64,000 bases of DNA from Neoechinorhynchus agilis (lineage: Eukaryota > Animalia > Acanthocephala): assembly GCA_051530055.1 (NCBI GenBank), contig CM121341.1, forward strand, positions 14,362,784-14,426,783. The letters run 5' to 3'. How positions within the stretch are numbered: the stretch's first letter is position 1; every line of letters starts with the position of its first letter. The notes beneath the pieces are model-generated. The model ran no database searches and was not told the origin of the DNA. It saw only the letters and a program-made list of their open reading frames with translations. The position numbers were made by a program, and so were the translations under genes. Of the stretch, positions 11,061-23,824 are shown piece after piece.

Positions 11061-11744
11061 AAATTGTAGTGATAAGGTTTTAGAAAATCGAAATCCAATT
11101 AGGTGATCGGTACCTAGGAAGAACTAGCATCTTATTTAATTCAGTGCATGAAACGCGTGTCCTAAAATTTGAATTTCCAGCAAACTAGATGCAGGCGCAG
11201 TTATCTTCAGAACGTTTTAGACATTGTGGATATTAGTGATTCGGTTTTTGTTGTAGTTTTGGATACGCACTTTGCCAAATCTCTACTGGGAATGCACTTT
11301 TCGCGTCCAATAACTAAAACATTATTGATCCGTGGGTCCACCGATAAAACTGTCTCAAAGAAAGCACTACGATTAATTCATACACAAAACACCACTTAAG
11401 ATTTTGATAAAGGAACTCCCAAGATCGTCGTCGATTACGATTCTGAGGATGCCAAAGGACTTGGAATTCGGAAAACATGGGACAATGGATGAAACCTTCT
11501 CTAAAGACGATTTCAATCGCAAATCAGTCCGTAAAATCTACACGTTGAAAATTAGCACAACAATCAGCCATTTTGTTAAAAATAGGCCTCATAACTAACT
11601 GAACTAAATGATCAAAGATTGGTCAATGTATACGATTCTTCCAGCGTATTATTAAAAGCGATTACGTCAGATTTCAATGGAAATTAAAGATTAATTATCG
11701 ATATGTGAGTAATATTTATTTAAAGAACATAGTTTCGTTTTCTT

Positions 11745-11860
11745 CAAATGTTATGTTTGTTCGGCAGCTTCCTTGATGGCCGCGGCATTGCCGCGTTGGA
11801 TCGCCGCGCTGATTCACTGCAACAGGAAGCTGCTGGATCGCACATCGCCGGTGGAGAAGT
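11745..11860 (-). mobile_element. CRE-clade retrotransposon 3' end (subfamily shared with 30325-30420)
   Basis: Minus frame reads SAAIQRGNAAAIKEAAEQT*. About 70 bp are near-identical to 30345-30415. Confidence 0.75.
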
Positions 11861-13813
11861 GTTGTTTAGATTTACCCGGTAGAGAAAGTTTTTACTGACG
11901 ACGTTTCGAACCTCGTCGAATTCATCATCGGATTTTTTTACCATACGGCGAGGTTCGAAACGTCTTCAATAATTTTTTTGTAAGGATGTTGTCCATAGAT
12001 TGTTTTTGGTCAGGCGAAATAAAAAAAGAAATTTAATATTTCGTCCTAATTCTGAAGAATTAATGCGTAGAGGGCAAAATAGTAATAAAATTACTTTTCA
12101 TGCTTTTTCATGGCGTAAAAATAAAAAGAATTTATTAGATCCGGGCCATAAAAACCATGGTTAGTTCAATCTTCAAACAAACACTTGAAAAAATTCTTTA
12201 TGTATTTTTTTGGTGATAAAATAAAACACAAAAAAGTGGAACAACTGGTTCATAAAAATTCTCTAAGTTTGAAAACCAAACAAACACTTGTAAATATCAA
12301 TATTGTTCGCAAAGTACTTTCTGACTTCATTGACGTAACGATTTGTTGTTTCCATTTACATTCGCGGCAAGAATCCGAAAGAAACATAAATTTTGTGTGG
12401 GTGGATGAAATTGCGCAGTCGTCGTAAAAGTGCGCGCATCGTCGAGGTGAGGTAGTTAATTGGATGGTTTTGCAAAGGTAAACCTTTCAATTATCTAGCT
12501 CACCAGAAGACGTAGCGGATTTCCGGTTCAAGTGTTGGAGACTTTGTATGTGATCTGAAGAGGTTAATAAATTAATGATTGAGTTTTGTATTGGGCACTG
12601 CGAACACAAACACACCGATTTATAGACTCAATCGAAAGTTTTACTGAGTAAACGGCGATCGCGTTACTTTTAAACAGCTGCAAACCAACTCTTTGGTTTT
12701 TCAAAATGTTCAAACATACTCGAGATCTCAACGAAGTTTCTTTTTAAATCTGCGTCGACGTTCAGGATTTTGACGTACCTTGGAAAGTGATGAAGGGTCC
12801 TTTGAAATTCATATGTTCAAACTGTTCCATTTTATTAAAGGACCGAAAAAAATCGAAAAACAAGATCATTAATGAATTGAAGGCTATTAAGTCCCAATCT
12901 TTTTTCTTCTTAAATATGCCGCTGAAAATCGTCGACAAGATGATGATGATGATGACGAGGGGTAACGTTCGTGTTTATCTTTGATTCTACGGTTTCCTGT
13001 TAACCATTTTTCAAATGAGCCACGATTTCGCCAAACCGTTTCTTAAACTCTTATTACGGTAAAATGTAGCAATCCAAAGTTGTCAAATTCGTTGAATATG
13101 AACTCTTGAACGATTTGATTTTTCTCTACAACATTTTTAATGCTTTTGTTTTAAATTTAAGTCTTTGATGATCCGTTTTTAGAATATAATTCAGATTGTA
13201 GTCAAGCAACCTTTTTTTAGGTATCATTTCATTGAGATGTTCTTATTGTTTCATAATCATTATGTATACTTTTGGTGGGTGCTAATAAAACACTTTAACA
13301 ATGACTTAGGAGGCGAAGTTACCCCTTTCGAAATATTTCCCCTATAAATCAAATATGTGATGATATGGGGATTATTTTCACCAAAAGTATACTTGGATTA
13401 TCCTGAAGGATTTTCTCTGTCGATGAATAATCATTATGATTCGCTCGATTGACTGAGATACTTCTAGGTTTTTGCATGCGAAATCTTCTTTAATGAGTGC
13501 AACATACGACCTATCAAAAGATATCATTTTTCGATTTTTTTTGTAGGTTGTATCGAGAGTCCTAGAACACTTCGACTGGATATAAAACTTTCATTTGGCC
13601 GATTAGTCGTGCATTCTCTTGCCGTTTTATAGTGTTCGCTGAAGACATGAATATTTGATCTACGAGATGTGCCTCATGAAATAGAGGAGGACTCATTGTT
13701 TGCTAATGACGAATGTTTTCATTATTATTACTATTTTGACCGATCTTCGACACCTGAGAGAGAGGTCGATAAGTCGAATGCACATTACTATTTAGCTTAT
13801 GCGTGGCTCAGCC

Positions 13814-16800
13814 TACATGTTTTCGAAACCTGTTGCGGGTGGTAGCAAACGACCACCTAATGCTTTGAGGTTTTCTTTAACCTCGGAGTCTCAGCAGCAA
13901 TTAGTCACTGCTTCGGGATCGAATCCCTCTTCTCAGCTCCTATTGGATGGGTCTCAGATGAAAAAAAAATCCCCCAACAGTTGACATATGCAATCAATAC
14001 TCATGGATACTTAGTTTATCCAATCAAACGATGGCAACTGTTGGGGGGGATTAATAATGCTTGGCTAGCCAGTCTAAAAGACTTCGCAAGCTCCAATCTT
14101 CCGCGTGATGTCTACTCAGTTAAATCGGTCACTCAAAAAGTACAATTCCTTGCGAATGGACTGCAAGCAAATTTAAATTGTGACGAAAAAGCGGAATTTG
14201 AAAAGTTCTTCAACGTCACAATTAAGTTTTTTCTCAATTCACGCAGATCAGGCAAACCGATCTCGTTAGCCATGGTCAAGGGCTCTAGACAAGTTAGGGA
14301 TGAATTATGCGAAAACACGCACAGTGCTTTCAACTGCTTTGAAATACGTTTCACAAAAAATCTAGCAGTCATCAGGATGACTATATTTTTCCACAGTGCA
14401 ATATTTGTCATGGCTGGGGCCATTGGGCTCAACAATGTAGCTCGAACACTCCTAAATGTCGTTTCTGCGCGGAGACAGAACACTCCTCTCAGAATTGTCC
14501 AAACAAATCAATTAAATGTTGTGCAAACTGCGGAGGTCAACATTCGGTTTTCTATAAATGCTGTTCGGCCTTCAAAGACTATTGGTCTTGGGCTCAAAAA
14601 GGACAATTCAATAATAGCTCACGCTCTCGATTTATGCGTGAACCAATGGTCTCGGGGATTCCTGCTTCCAATTCTATGCATCCGGTATCTTCTCTTTTAG
14701 TGGACTCTACCTCAAGAAGTTCGGGCATTAATGTATCTCAAAGTACGGTCTCATCGCAGCTAATAACGATGGAACATCTAGAATGTCGTCTGGAGGAGGT
14801 CTGTAACAAGCTACTGACGGTTATGCAAGCACGTTTTACCGAAGCTATCACTACTTTTGAGAAGAAGATGTGTACCCTCATCTGCAATCTCCCAGATATA
14901 ATCTCTTCCAGCTTTCAATTTCCAAGAGATTTGAAACAAAAGAGACTCAATTCGTCCGATACGAACCCTCGATCGGCCAAAAAATCCAATATAACCTCCA
15001 ATGTGACTCGATCTGATAGTGATGATTCAATAATGGAATTGGATGAAACTGATTCTGACTTCGTCACTGCAATCATCAACGCTCAAACCGCGCTTATTAA
15101 TAATGGAACTGCGGCTCTTATTCCAGATGCAGCCACCAGAAAACTCTGATAGCTTAAAGGCTCAGGTAATGGTTTGGGATTTTCGGGTGTCACAGTGGAA
15201 CTGTGGTGGGGCGACCAACCATAACAGGCTAGCTCGTTTCTTATCATGGGTATCAATCATTTTGCTACAGGAAACGAAAAGTATTTTTACACTGGATCAA
15301 CTTTATAGCTATCTACCTCAATCGAACGTCTCAACGTTCACCTCTTTTATCACTGCTCCTTTAAGTCCCGCCTCACAGGGTCTTATTTCAATTTTTCACT
15401 CTTCGCTTAATCCTCTCTATTGTCTTCCTTTATTTCACCTTAAATGTCGTATTCCATTTTCAAAATCCTTGTAAATAAGAAATTTCTCACCTTTATCAAT
15501 TTATACATTAAACCTGGTTTTACCCACCGGGCATACATTGAAAGCAGAATCAAATGGCTTCTCAGAGCCAATATTGACATCATAGTGGGAGACTTCAATG
15601 ATCCATCTTTAAAATGGTCTAAGGCCAATGTCAACGCAGTTCAACCTTTTTACTCTTTAACCTATCCCTCTACTCCCTCTTTTCATAATCTCGCTTATAA
15701 TACGCACTCGTTTTTAAATCTGATCATTTATAAGAGACACATCAATTTCTTGATTCAATTCGATCGTCAGGTGTCTCTTTTCGACCTGTTAGGGCATGAT
15801 ATCCTAATTTGGTCCTTTGGTCCTAACTCTACACTACGAAAAACCTACCACATATCCCCACTCAACGTTGCCTTTTTCCGCCTAGTTAGTCAAAATCTTA
15901 TCTCTCTAGTATTTAATCAAAATAAGCCCTTTATCTCGTACCTTTCGTTAATAATGCTCTTAACGAGTTAGCTAATATTTTTCTATTTCGTACGGTGAGG
16001 ACCTTCTCTCGACCTTATGAAAGTCGCTCTCTATGCTTTCTTGGACGCCAACTCTTTTTGGCATCCCTCTCATCAAATCATTAACCAGTCATTTCTGGGC
16101 TGCTCACTGTCGACAGCAGTTACATCAGAGAACTAATTTACTTGCCGTCTTGAAACCTTATTCCTCGAGCTGGTGGCACACTCTTCAAAAGAAGAGCAAT
16201 CTTGCTTGGAAATCTAAAATAACAGGCTGGCTTAAGGTTTCGTCGTTTGAGGATATATTAAATTCTATTTTTGAATTTCACTCTTCGGGTTCCCTCAAAG
16301 ATATCCCTCCAACAATAATTTTTCGGAAAAAATCGCAAACAGAGTGGATTTGACTCTGGATGATATTCTTGAGGTCTGGTCAAATAATCCAAAATTGGCG
16401 TCTTCGAATTCCAGTTCTGGTACCAAAATTTTAAATTTACTAGCCCATGATAATATCGTTCACTTGATCCGAATGATACTAAGCTGCTCTCCTTACGCTT
16501 GGCGAGAGATTAATGTCTCACGGCGTATTTTCATTATCAAAAATAAGAAAAAATCAATTTCACAGCCAAAGGATCTGCGCCCCATTTCCCTACAGAATCC
16601 TTTTGTCACAATTTACGAGAGAGCTCTGGCGCGTCGTTTATTTTCATTTATATCGGAGCACAACTGTATATCGGCCAATTGCCATGGATTTCAAAAAGGA
16701 AAATCAGTACACTCCGCGCTTACTAGTATCTACGATAAATTTAGGAACTCCATTCTGCCTATGAAAGCCCTTCTGGCAGTGTAAATTTCACAGGCCATCG

Positions 16801-17605
16801 ACAAGATTTCTCTCCCTATTATAATTCGAATACTTAAAATTTTTAGTGTTCTACATAATTTGATCTCCAGAATTTATAATATCCTTTTTAAAAAATCTTT
16901 CTATTACGAAGATGATATCTCAAAAACTATTTTTTATCCGATCAACTGTGTACCTCAAGGGTCTCCGCTTTCCCAAATTCTCTTCTTACTGGCTTCGCAA
17001 TATATAGTTAAAAACTTCAAAATTCGTGCGCAAATAAACTGTTACGCAGATGATTTAACCTCCAATATTTCTGCTCACATCGCTGCAAAACTTAAACTTT
17101 TGATTAAACAATGTTTTGATTATCTAAATGAAATTTTACCACGTATTAGTTTATCTTTAAATCTATCAAAATCCTTATGCATCTTTAAAGTTTGTTCTTC
17201 CAAAATTCGAGAATACCTTAAATTATTCTTTAACAATTTAGTGAATCCCTCGAATAATTCAAAAATGGACAATGCGCCCTTGAAATTACGCGTTCTAGGG
17301 CACACCTTTAATGTCAACCTTTCACCTTATTACAGATATCAATAAAATGAAAAAGCTTCTTAAAGTAGGCAATAAAGTGGCTAGACGAGCCATGGAACTA
17401 GGCTTAAATGCCTCCCAAGCTCAAGCCACATGGAAAACCTGGGGTATTCCCGGCCAAATTTTCTTCTCAAGGGATCGCCCCCCTGAACTTAAGACTGCCT
17501 TTGTTCAGTCGTTTTTCAAACACCTAGAGTCTGCCGGCGCTGGTTGTTTATATGATTGCTGTCTAAAAACATCTTTATATGTTTAAATGATGAATAAATC
17601 TTGTT
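13814..17605 (+). mobile_element. Near full-length degenerate APE-RT non-LTR retrotransposon flanked by the 11-bp direct repeat GTGGCTCAGCC
   Basis: ORF1-like region about 13981-15149. APE motifs QWNCGG, ILLQETK, INLYIKP, IVGDFN, GHDIL. RT motifs DLRPISL, HGFQKGKS, VPQGSPLS, YADD, LRVLG. Multiple stops and frameshifts; AATAAA near the 3' end. Confidence 0.88.
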
Positions 17606-18450
17606 GTGGCTCAGCCGGCCACATTTAGCAATGTAAATTAAGTTTATCCTACACGGCTGAATAAGGGCACACCGCCCACCGATTTGGGTTAAGGAGGCGC
17701 TCGAAAGTAACAGAGTTTGTACCCCGAATCCCTGTTTTAAGGTGGTAAACGGGGTTCAAAATCTACAAACGCCAAGATTAGAGAGTGATGTTCTTAACTG
17801 CTACAGATCGACATGCTTAAAACCAGTCATTTCCAATACTAGATTTTAAAGCATCCTTTGTCGAAATCATTGGCCAATACTTCGACGAAAACTTCTGAAC
17901 TCATAAACGATTCGTGCTCATGTCCAATCGATGAAATCGACAGTTTTGGGTCTGGTTTAGGGTATTAAATGTTTTTATGCGCTTCCATGAACCAAATCGG
18001 TGTGCTGTGTGCCCAAATATATTTCGACTATTCAATTTTTTTGCTTGTTTATGGCGTTCAAACTGAATCTAAGTACAGTGTAAATGTAACCATCCCCACG
18101 TATGGATTTTAGACCTTGATATAGGCACAACATTGTGCCGAAATATCGGATCTAATAAATTCTTTTAATTTTTTATGCCATAAACAAAGATGGATAGTTC
18201 AATCTTTACATCAATTTTTTACCGGTGTAATTAGGGGTCCGATGAATCCACAGATTTGTATTTCCATTTTCAATTGTTTTCGGTTTATAAAGTATGTGAA
18301 TCTTGCGATCTGTTATTTGACATTGCATCGATTATTGTCTAAACGATTCCCCTCGAGTGTCGAGGACCGACTAAAATAATAACATGCCACCCGGATTTAA
18401 ATTCACTAATTTATTTCCGATCATAAACGTCTAATAAGTCCGACATCAAG

Positions 18451-19880
18451 CAGTGCGTGATCTTGAAATGTGATTTCAAAAATGAATTCAACACAGTTCA
18501 CCGAGCAGATTTGCTCGAAGTAGTTAGATTATTTGTTTCATTTGTCAGCTGATTTTCTCGACCGGGTGTATATATATTACTATTGATGTGCATTAGCAAT
18601 TTCGGCGGTCGGAGGAACTTTGTTTTTACATCAGAGACGTGATGTTACCACTTTAACTCGGATGAAACGTTAAGAGTTCGTACATCTCTCCAGATCATCA
18701 GATACCTCCAGGAGGCGGATCCGGAGAGATGTACGAACTCTTAACGTTTCATCCTAGTTAAAGTGGTAACATCACGTCTCTGATGTAAAAACAAAGTTCC
18801 TCCGACCGCCGAAATTGCTAATGCACATCAATAGTAATGAAGTAGTTAGAGATCACGCACCAGAAGCATTTCGCTATTTCGTTAATGCATATAGGACTTC
18901 AACACCCTTGTTGTTCAATAACCACGTTTTGTGGTCAGAAAGAGGAGTTCAACGAGGGGATCCTTTGGGCACAATAACCTTCTCATCAGCAGTTTTTAGT
19001 GACTAACTTGCTAACTATCGTGAAAGATTTTCAGAAGTTGGCTCCCGAAATAGAATTGATCATTCTAGACCGGTTGAGTCTTCTGGGAAGCTGCATTTTT
19101 GGTTCTAATGTCGAAGCAAAGATTGCCAATCTTCAACCGCAACATTCGGTGCTGTGCGAATGAGCTGATGAATTATCTTCCACGAGGCTCTGTTCCTGAT
19201 CACAAACACCCTCTTTATTCCAAAACTGCTGTATAAGCTGCGCACAGCATCTCTTTTAGACATAAGTATAAGCTCTGGACGAGGCCTGGCGTCAAGCGTC
19301 CTTGACTGTGTCATCCGGTGGTTTGGGTATTCGAAACGCAGCCGATATTTCTCTGCCAGATTGTCTGGGATCGTATAAAGTAAGCCGCAAAATAGTTCAA
19401 TCCGTTCTTGGCGAGAATTACACTTTGGATGAAGATTTCGTGGAGACGCCTAATCTTTGGTATGGAGATTCAGGCAGCGAGCAGCTACCCGTCAATGGTT
19501 GCAAACAATCAGTTTGGGACTCACCCCTGGTAACGAGGATTCATAGCTCTTTAATTTCAGATTCTCATGACTTGGTGATCGAACTCGATTGGCGACAGTC
19601 TCTACAAGAGAATCGGGTGCTTGTCTCAACGCTACCCCAATCGCTTCTGTGGGTACCCTTCTCTCCGACGAAACAGTAAGGATTGCAGTGTCTCTGAGAC
19701 TTTGGGTACCGATGTGCACATCCCATCGCTGCCGTTGATTAGCGATCATAGAACCATCGAGGTGCTATGGTCTCGTCTGTCGGCAATCAGGCGGAAGGTA
19801 CTCACGATACGCCAAAGTGAATGCAATTCTTAGCCGTGCCCTGAATACTGTGATTGTACCCCCGCCTTTAAACCAGGGAG
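18451..19880 (+). mobile_element. Internal fragment of a CRE-clade (RLE-type) non-LTR retrotransposon, degenerate
   Basis: Motifs CDFKNEFNTVHRADLLEVVR|DHAPE, GVQRGDPLG, SSGGLGIRNA, KQSVWDSPL, ILSRALN. Confidence 0.85.
18529..18838. mobile_element. 310-bp foldback insertion with 116-bp inverted arms and a 12-bp target-site duplication
   Basis: Arms 18576-18691 and 18723-18838 differ at one position. GAAGTAGTTAGA occurs at 18517-18528 and 18839-18850. Removing the insert restores the RT frame. Confidence 0.9.
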
Positions 19881-20471
19881 TTCGTGTAGGCCCAAAACTT
19901 CCAAGCAATGAAAAGCTTTGATAATGTCGGAATTATCCGACGTGAAACATTGGAAATAAATTTGTGAATTTAAATCCGGAATGTATTTTTCTTGAATGCG
20001 ATCTTTTGTAAGATGTTATACGGAAATCGATCACAAATTATATATAAGAGTACTAAATGATTACAACGATAGAGGTACTATTATTCAGATCGTTTTCTCA
20101 TAGTTTTTTTGTGATTATAGTCTGTACTTGTTAAGAAAAACTGTAAAAAAAGAGAACTATGATCAAGGCAAGAGCTTTAACTTAAAGTATCGAATTTTGC
20201 GCTGACGACAATATTTGGTTTCTTACAAGATCTAAAGAATGGCGACTGGTGAAGGTTAAGAAGATTTGTACGACGAGATCACTGGACAGACAACAACAGG
20301 CTGCAGAAAGTTAAACTATTGGGAAAAAATAGAATAAACGGTCTAAGCCCTTTGATCGATTATAGACAAACATTTGCTAATATCTTCCCACATGCACTTT
20401 TCACTCATTTCTTTAATTCATATTTCTGTCACAAGAAATCATTTCACACAATTCATCGTTTGTGATTAAGG

Positions 20472-22730
20472 TCACTTGGTTTGCCGATGTAAAGCCAATT
20501 TCTTCATGAGCTCTATTGGCACCTTACTGATTTTGCCGATATCGCCACTTCTGAGAGCTCGCTCTTTACCCGGTGAGATAGTCTCATCAGTGGGATATAC
20601 CGACCTTAAATGCGGCAAACGTTTCGCGTTTCGGTCCATTAAATCAGCCAATCGTTCAAACTCATGTTGAACCTTAACAAGGCCAGCGATATTAACCTTT
20701 GGGGGTGAGGGGTTCTCGGGGGACTCATTCTCTGGTTTATATCGCATTCTGTGATTATCAACCTGAGGTCTCGTAGCTCGAATCGGTTGGATGGATATTG
20801 GAAATGATGCCCGCGGTTCAATAGTTGCAGGAGCACGCGGACAATAATTTTCGTTGCGATCTCTACAGTAAACCTCAAATGCTTCTTGTAAATCCACTCT
20901 CGGTGTATTGTTTGTCGACCTGTGTGATCGCCTCGGCCTCCTAATGCCCACTTGCTGCTTCTGTGTTGCTTCCAATTGCTCAATTATCCTGTCAATACGT
21001 TCCGTCTCGCTGCAGGTCTCGAGTTTTTTTTCGCATTGCTTAATTTTCTCTTTTAAAAGCTCTATTTCTTGTTTATACGACAGCTCCTGCTTTGCCCATG
21101 AATCTTTCTTCTTGTCATAATGAGCTTTAAAGGAGGCTGCGTGTTCTTCGTAAACCTTAAGATGGTCGTAACTTGTCTTTAGCTTTTGTTTCAAAAGATC
21201 AATCTCTTCGCCCATTCTACATAGTTTCTCGTTCCACTCACGATCCGAATCTCTTCCGGAACGTTCTACTCGGTCCCGCATTCGACTTAGTCGGCCTCGA
21301 AGCTCTTCAATATATTGCCTATCCTGCATGTAAATATTCGGCGGAATCCAAGTGTTTTTCACTACATCTAATTCATCCCGTAATTCCCGTAATCGACTTT
21401 CAGGAATAAATCCCAAAGCTTCATATGGTATTGGAGATGTCGTGACCTCACTTTCATCCGCCGGAATATGCTCAACAACTATTTTCTGAGCTTCCAATTT
21501 CTCTTCTCGTATTCTTACCCTTTCGTCCTCGAGCTGCTTTACAGTCGCAGTTAATGTTTCATTTTCCGACTTACAGTGATCAAACATAAACTCAAGCTCA
21601 CGGACTTTGCATTCAAGGCGCTTGTTCTTGTATTCGACATCTTCTTTGTCTTTCAACTTCCTCTCGAGAACTTCCATTTTCTTCTCGCAGGAATTTCTCT
21701 CATTTCTAAGTTCTTCACATTGCTTATGCGAAAGCTTTACATCATTCTTCAGATTCTTTAGTTCAACTTGCGTCTCACAAAGCTTTGCCAAAACACTTTC
21801 TTGTTTTTCGTTATGTATCTGATAATCATTAATTTCTTTTTCCAAAGCATTTTTCTTCTCTATTAACTCATTCATCTTTTTTGAACATTCAGATTTCGCA
21901 TCCTGCAGCTTTTTCATAAGATCTTCCTTGTCGATCAATAATTCATCCTGACGATTCGCAAGCATTCGAACCTTCGACTCAAGATCTTCCTTCACCTTTA
22001 ACTGTCTAACCTCCGCATCTTCCTTGCTCTTCAACTTTAATATCAAGTTAGCATTCTCGTCTTCTAGTGTCTTTAACTGTTCAGATAAAAGCCCCTTGTC
22101 GGGTTGACCATTATTGTCTTCGTATGCGCCAGCTATAACCTCAAGAAAAGAATCGACACTCTCGTCTTCTTTAGACGCGAGTGATCGGTTGATAAACGGC
22201 GATTGCAAAAACTCCGCTATCGTGGCATTCGCTAATGATGAACAACTATCATCAAGACTGGATTCATTAACTGCTCTTGTTGTCAACATCTTTATTAATT
22301 TCTGTTCCAAGTCAACCTTACCACCATCACTCAACAAAACGGTGAACATTGGGACAATCAATCGCTGCTCGGATTCACTTAAATTCATGGCTATATCCAT
22401 GAAGAATTTACAGACGCAATCAATAGACACTCCATAGGCAAAGCAGCATATTATGAAAATTGTGCGATTTACTGGATTATCATCTTTGATATTCAAGTTA
22501 AAATGGTGCTCCAAGATTTCTTTGATCTCTTCAGCACTCTTACCTGCCAATTTGAACTTTTCTTGATCGCTACTAGGACTTGGCGCTAATGAACACAATT
22601 TAACGATCAATTCGTTTGTATGAGTGGCATTTGATAGGGGCGAAGGATTATTGGACTGGGAATTATAACCTGGAATTTTCCCAATTAAACTTCGTATCAT
22701 CTTCGACATGTCTTTCTCCAGCGAATTCAT
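20472..22730 (-). CDS. 752-aa long coiled-coil protein with a HOOK-domain-like N-terminus
   Basis: Uninterrupted ORF rich in E/K/L heptads. AMNLSESEQRLIVPMFTVLL resembles the HOOK motif IMTLEESVQHVVMTAIQELM. The family call is by motif resemblance only. Confidence 0.7.
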   Translation of the reverse strand: MNSLEKDMSKMIRSLIGKIPGYNSQSNNPSPLSNATHTNELIVKLCSLAPSPSSDQEKFKLAGKSAEEIKEILEHHFNLNIKDDNPVNRTIFIICCFAYGVSIDCVCKFFMDIAMNLSESEQRLIVPMFTVLLSDGGKVDLEQKLIKMLTTRAVNESSLDDSCSSLANATIAEFLQSPFINRSLASKEDESVDSFLEVIAGAYEDNNGQPDKGLLSEQLKTLEDENANLILKLKSKEDAEVRQLKVKEDLESKVRMLANRQDELLIDKEDLMKKLQDAKSECSKKMNELIEKKNALEKEINDYQIHNEKQESVLAKLCETQVELKNLKNDVKLSHKQCEELRNERNSCEKKMEVLERKLKDKEDVEYKNKRLECKVRELEFMFDHCKSENETLTATVKQLEDERVRIREEKLEAQKIVVEHIPADESEVTTSPIPYEALGFIPESRLRELRDELDVVKNTWIPPNIYMQDRQYIEELRGRLSRMRDRVERSGRDSDREWNEKLCRMGEEIDLLKQKLKTSYDHLKVYEEHAASFKAHYDKKKDSWAKQELSYKQEIELLKEKIKQCEKKLETCSETERIDRIIEQLEATQKQQVGIRRPRRSHRSTNNTPRVDLQEAFEVYCRDRNENYCPRAPATIEPRASFPISIQPIRATRPQVDNHRMRYKPENESPENPSPPKVNIAGLVKVQHEFERLADLMDRNAKRLPHLRSVYPTDETISPGKERALRSGDIGKISKVPIELMKKLALHRQTK

Positions 22731-22752
22731 CTAAACAATAAAAATCACTTAA

Positions 22753-23807
22753 CTAAGGCTCGATCATTAGTATTCCAAACAAGGAATGAAAATAAATATA
22801 CGGCTTTAAATTACGCCTACTGCCCGTACTTGCTCGGAATTTCTCGAGTATCAAAAGTGTCAAGCCAAATTCGTGCAGTATTGTCGCTTTTGCTCTAATC
22901 CGCATAATATTATCCCACCCACAATCGTGAGATAAAAAAAATCCCGGACCTTGGATTTGTATCCACAGAGCTGCCACATCGGATTTATTTTCAACGGTAA
23001 GAATTTCCCAAACATTTTTTAATTATCATAAATGACTATAAAATAAAATTGTTTAATGTTTAAACATCAAACTTTCACTATTGGTAAGCATTCATTTTGA
23101 ATCAAGAATTTATATCGACGAGAATGGAGGAGCATCTTTATCCCAGCATTGCCAAAAATCATCTCTTTGAATCTTGTAGAATTCTTAACAAAAAAGCTTA
23201 AAATCAAGGCAACACTGGACCGTATTAAATGACTCGTCTTAGATCAAAAGCAGATGAGTATCAATCTTAAGCGGTCGCCACTTGAGAGCCAAAATAATGG
23301 CCACTAATGTGCGCTTAATTCTGACCTGAACATTCGTGAGATTCTCTCTTTCAAATGTACAAAAACCGAGTTATTTCATTTTTAATAAAATGGATTTCAA
23401 GTTAATATCGATAGAACCCATATATAGCCACATTTAATATCGGCAAAGTACGCTTTATTCCGCGAAACTAATTATAAAATAAACACTGGAAGCAAAAAAC
23501 GAAAAAAAAGCGCACAATGGAAAAGAATTCCACAAAAGATGAAGTGCCCTCAAATCCGTTGCCAACTTGATCGCGTCAAACAAAACATTGCAGTTATAAA
23601 ACGGGTTTTGTACACATTTCTACGCAAGTGGAAGAAAGGTATAGGAACCGTTTCACAACATTTGAAGTGCAATTGGCATTCATCGAACCAATAACCAATA
23701 AATACCTTATTCTGCGTCTTCTTACCCATCGCTGCGTATCTGAAGGGAAGGAAGCGAAGGTAATGGTGCAAACTACAGCACGCAGCAAGCAACAACAATG
23801 TCAGCAA
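22753..23807 (-). CDS. Possible multi-exon gene of unknown function immediately upstream of the coiled-coil ORF
   Basis: Open stretches 23550-23807 (hydrophobic N-terminus) and 22753-22977. No recognised motif. Confidence 0.3.
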
Positions 23808-23824
23808 AGATAAACCGTCATCGA

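Larger units (their letters stand above)
18391..19979. repeat. Inverted ~60-bp repeats (18391-18450 and 19916-19979) with a hammerhead-like stem II, bracketing a CRE fragment
   Basis: Right copy: tgataatGTCGGAattaTCCGACgtGAAACattggaaataaatttgtgaatttaaatccgg. Left copy (reverse complement): tgatgtcggacttattagacg...ggaaataaattagtgaatttaaatccgg. Confidence 0.65.

Noticed and set aside
20170-20320. FCADD as an RT active-site relic
   Set aside because: Single short motif with no flanking RT motifs.
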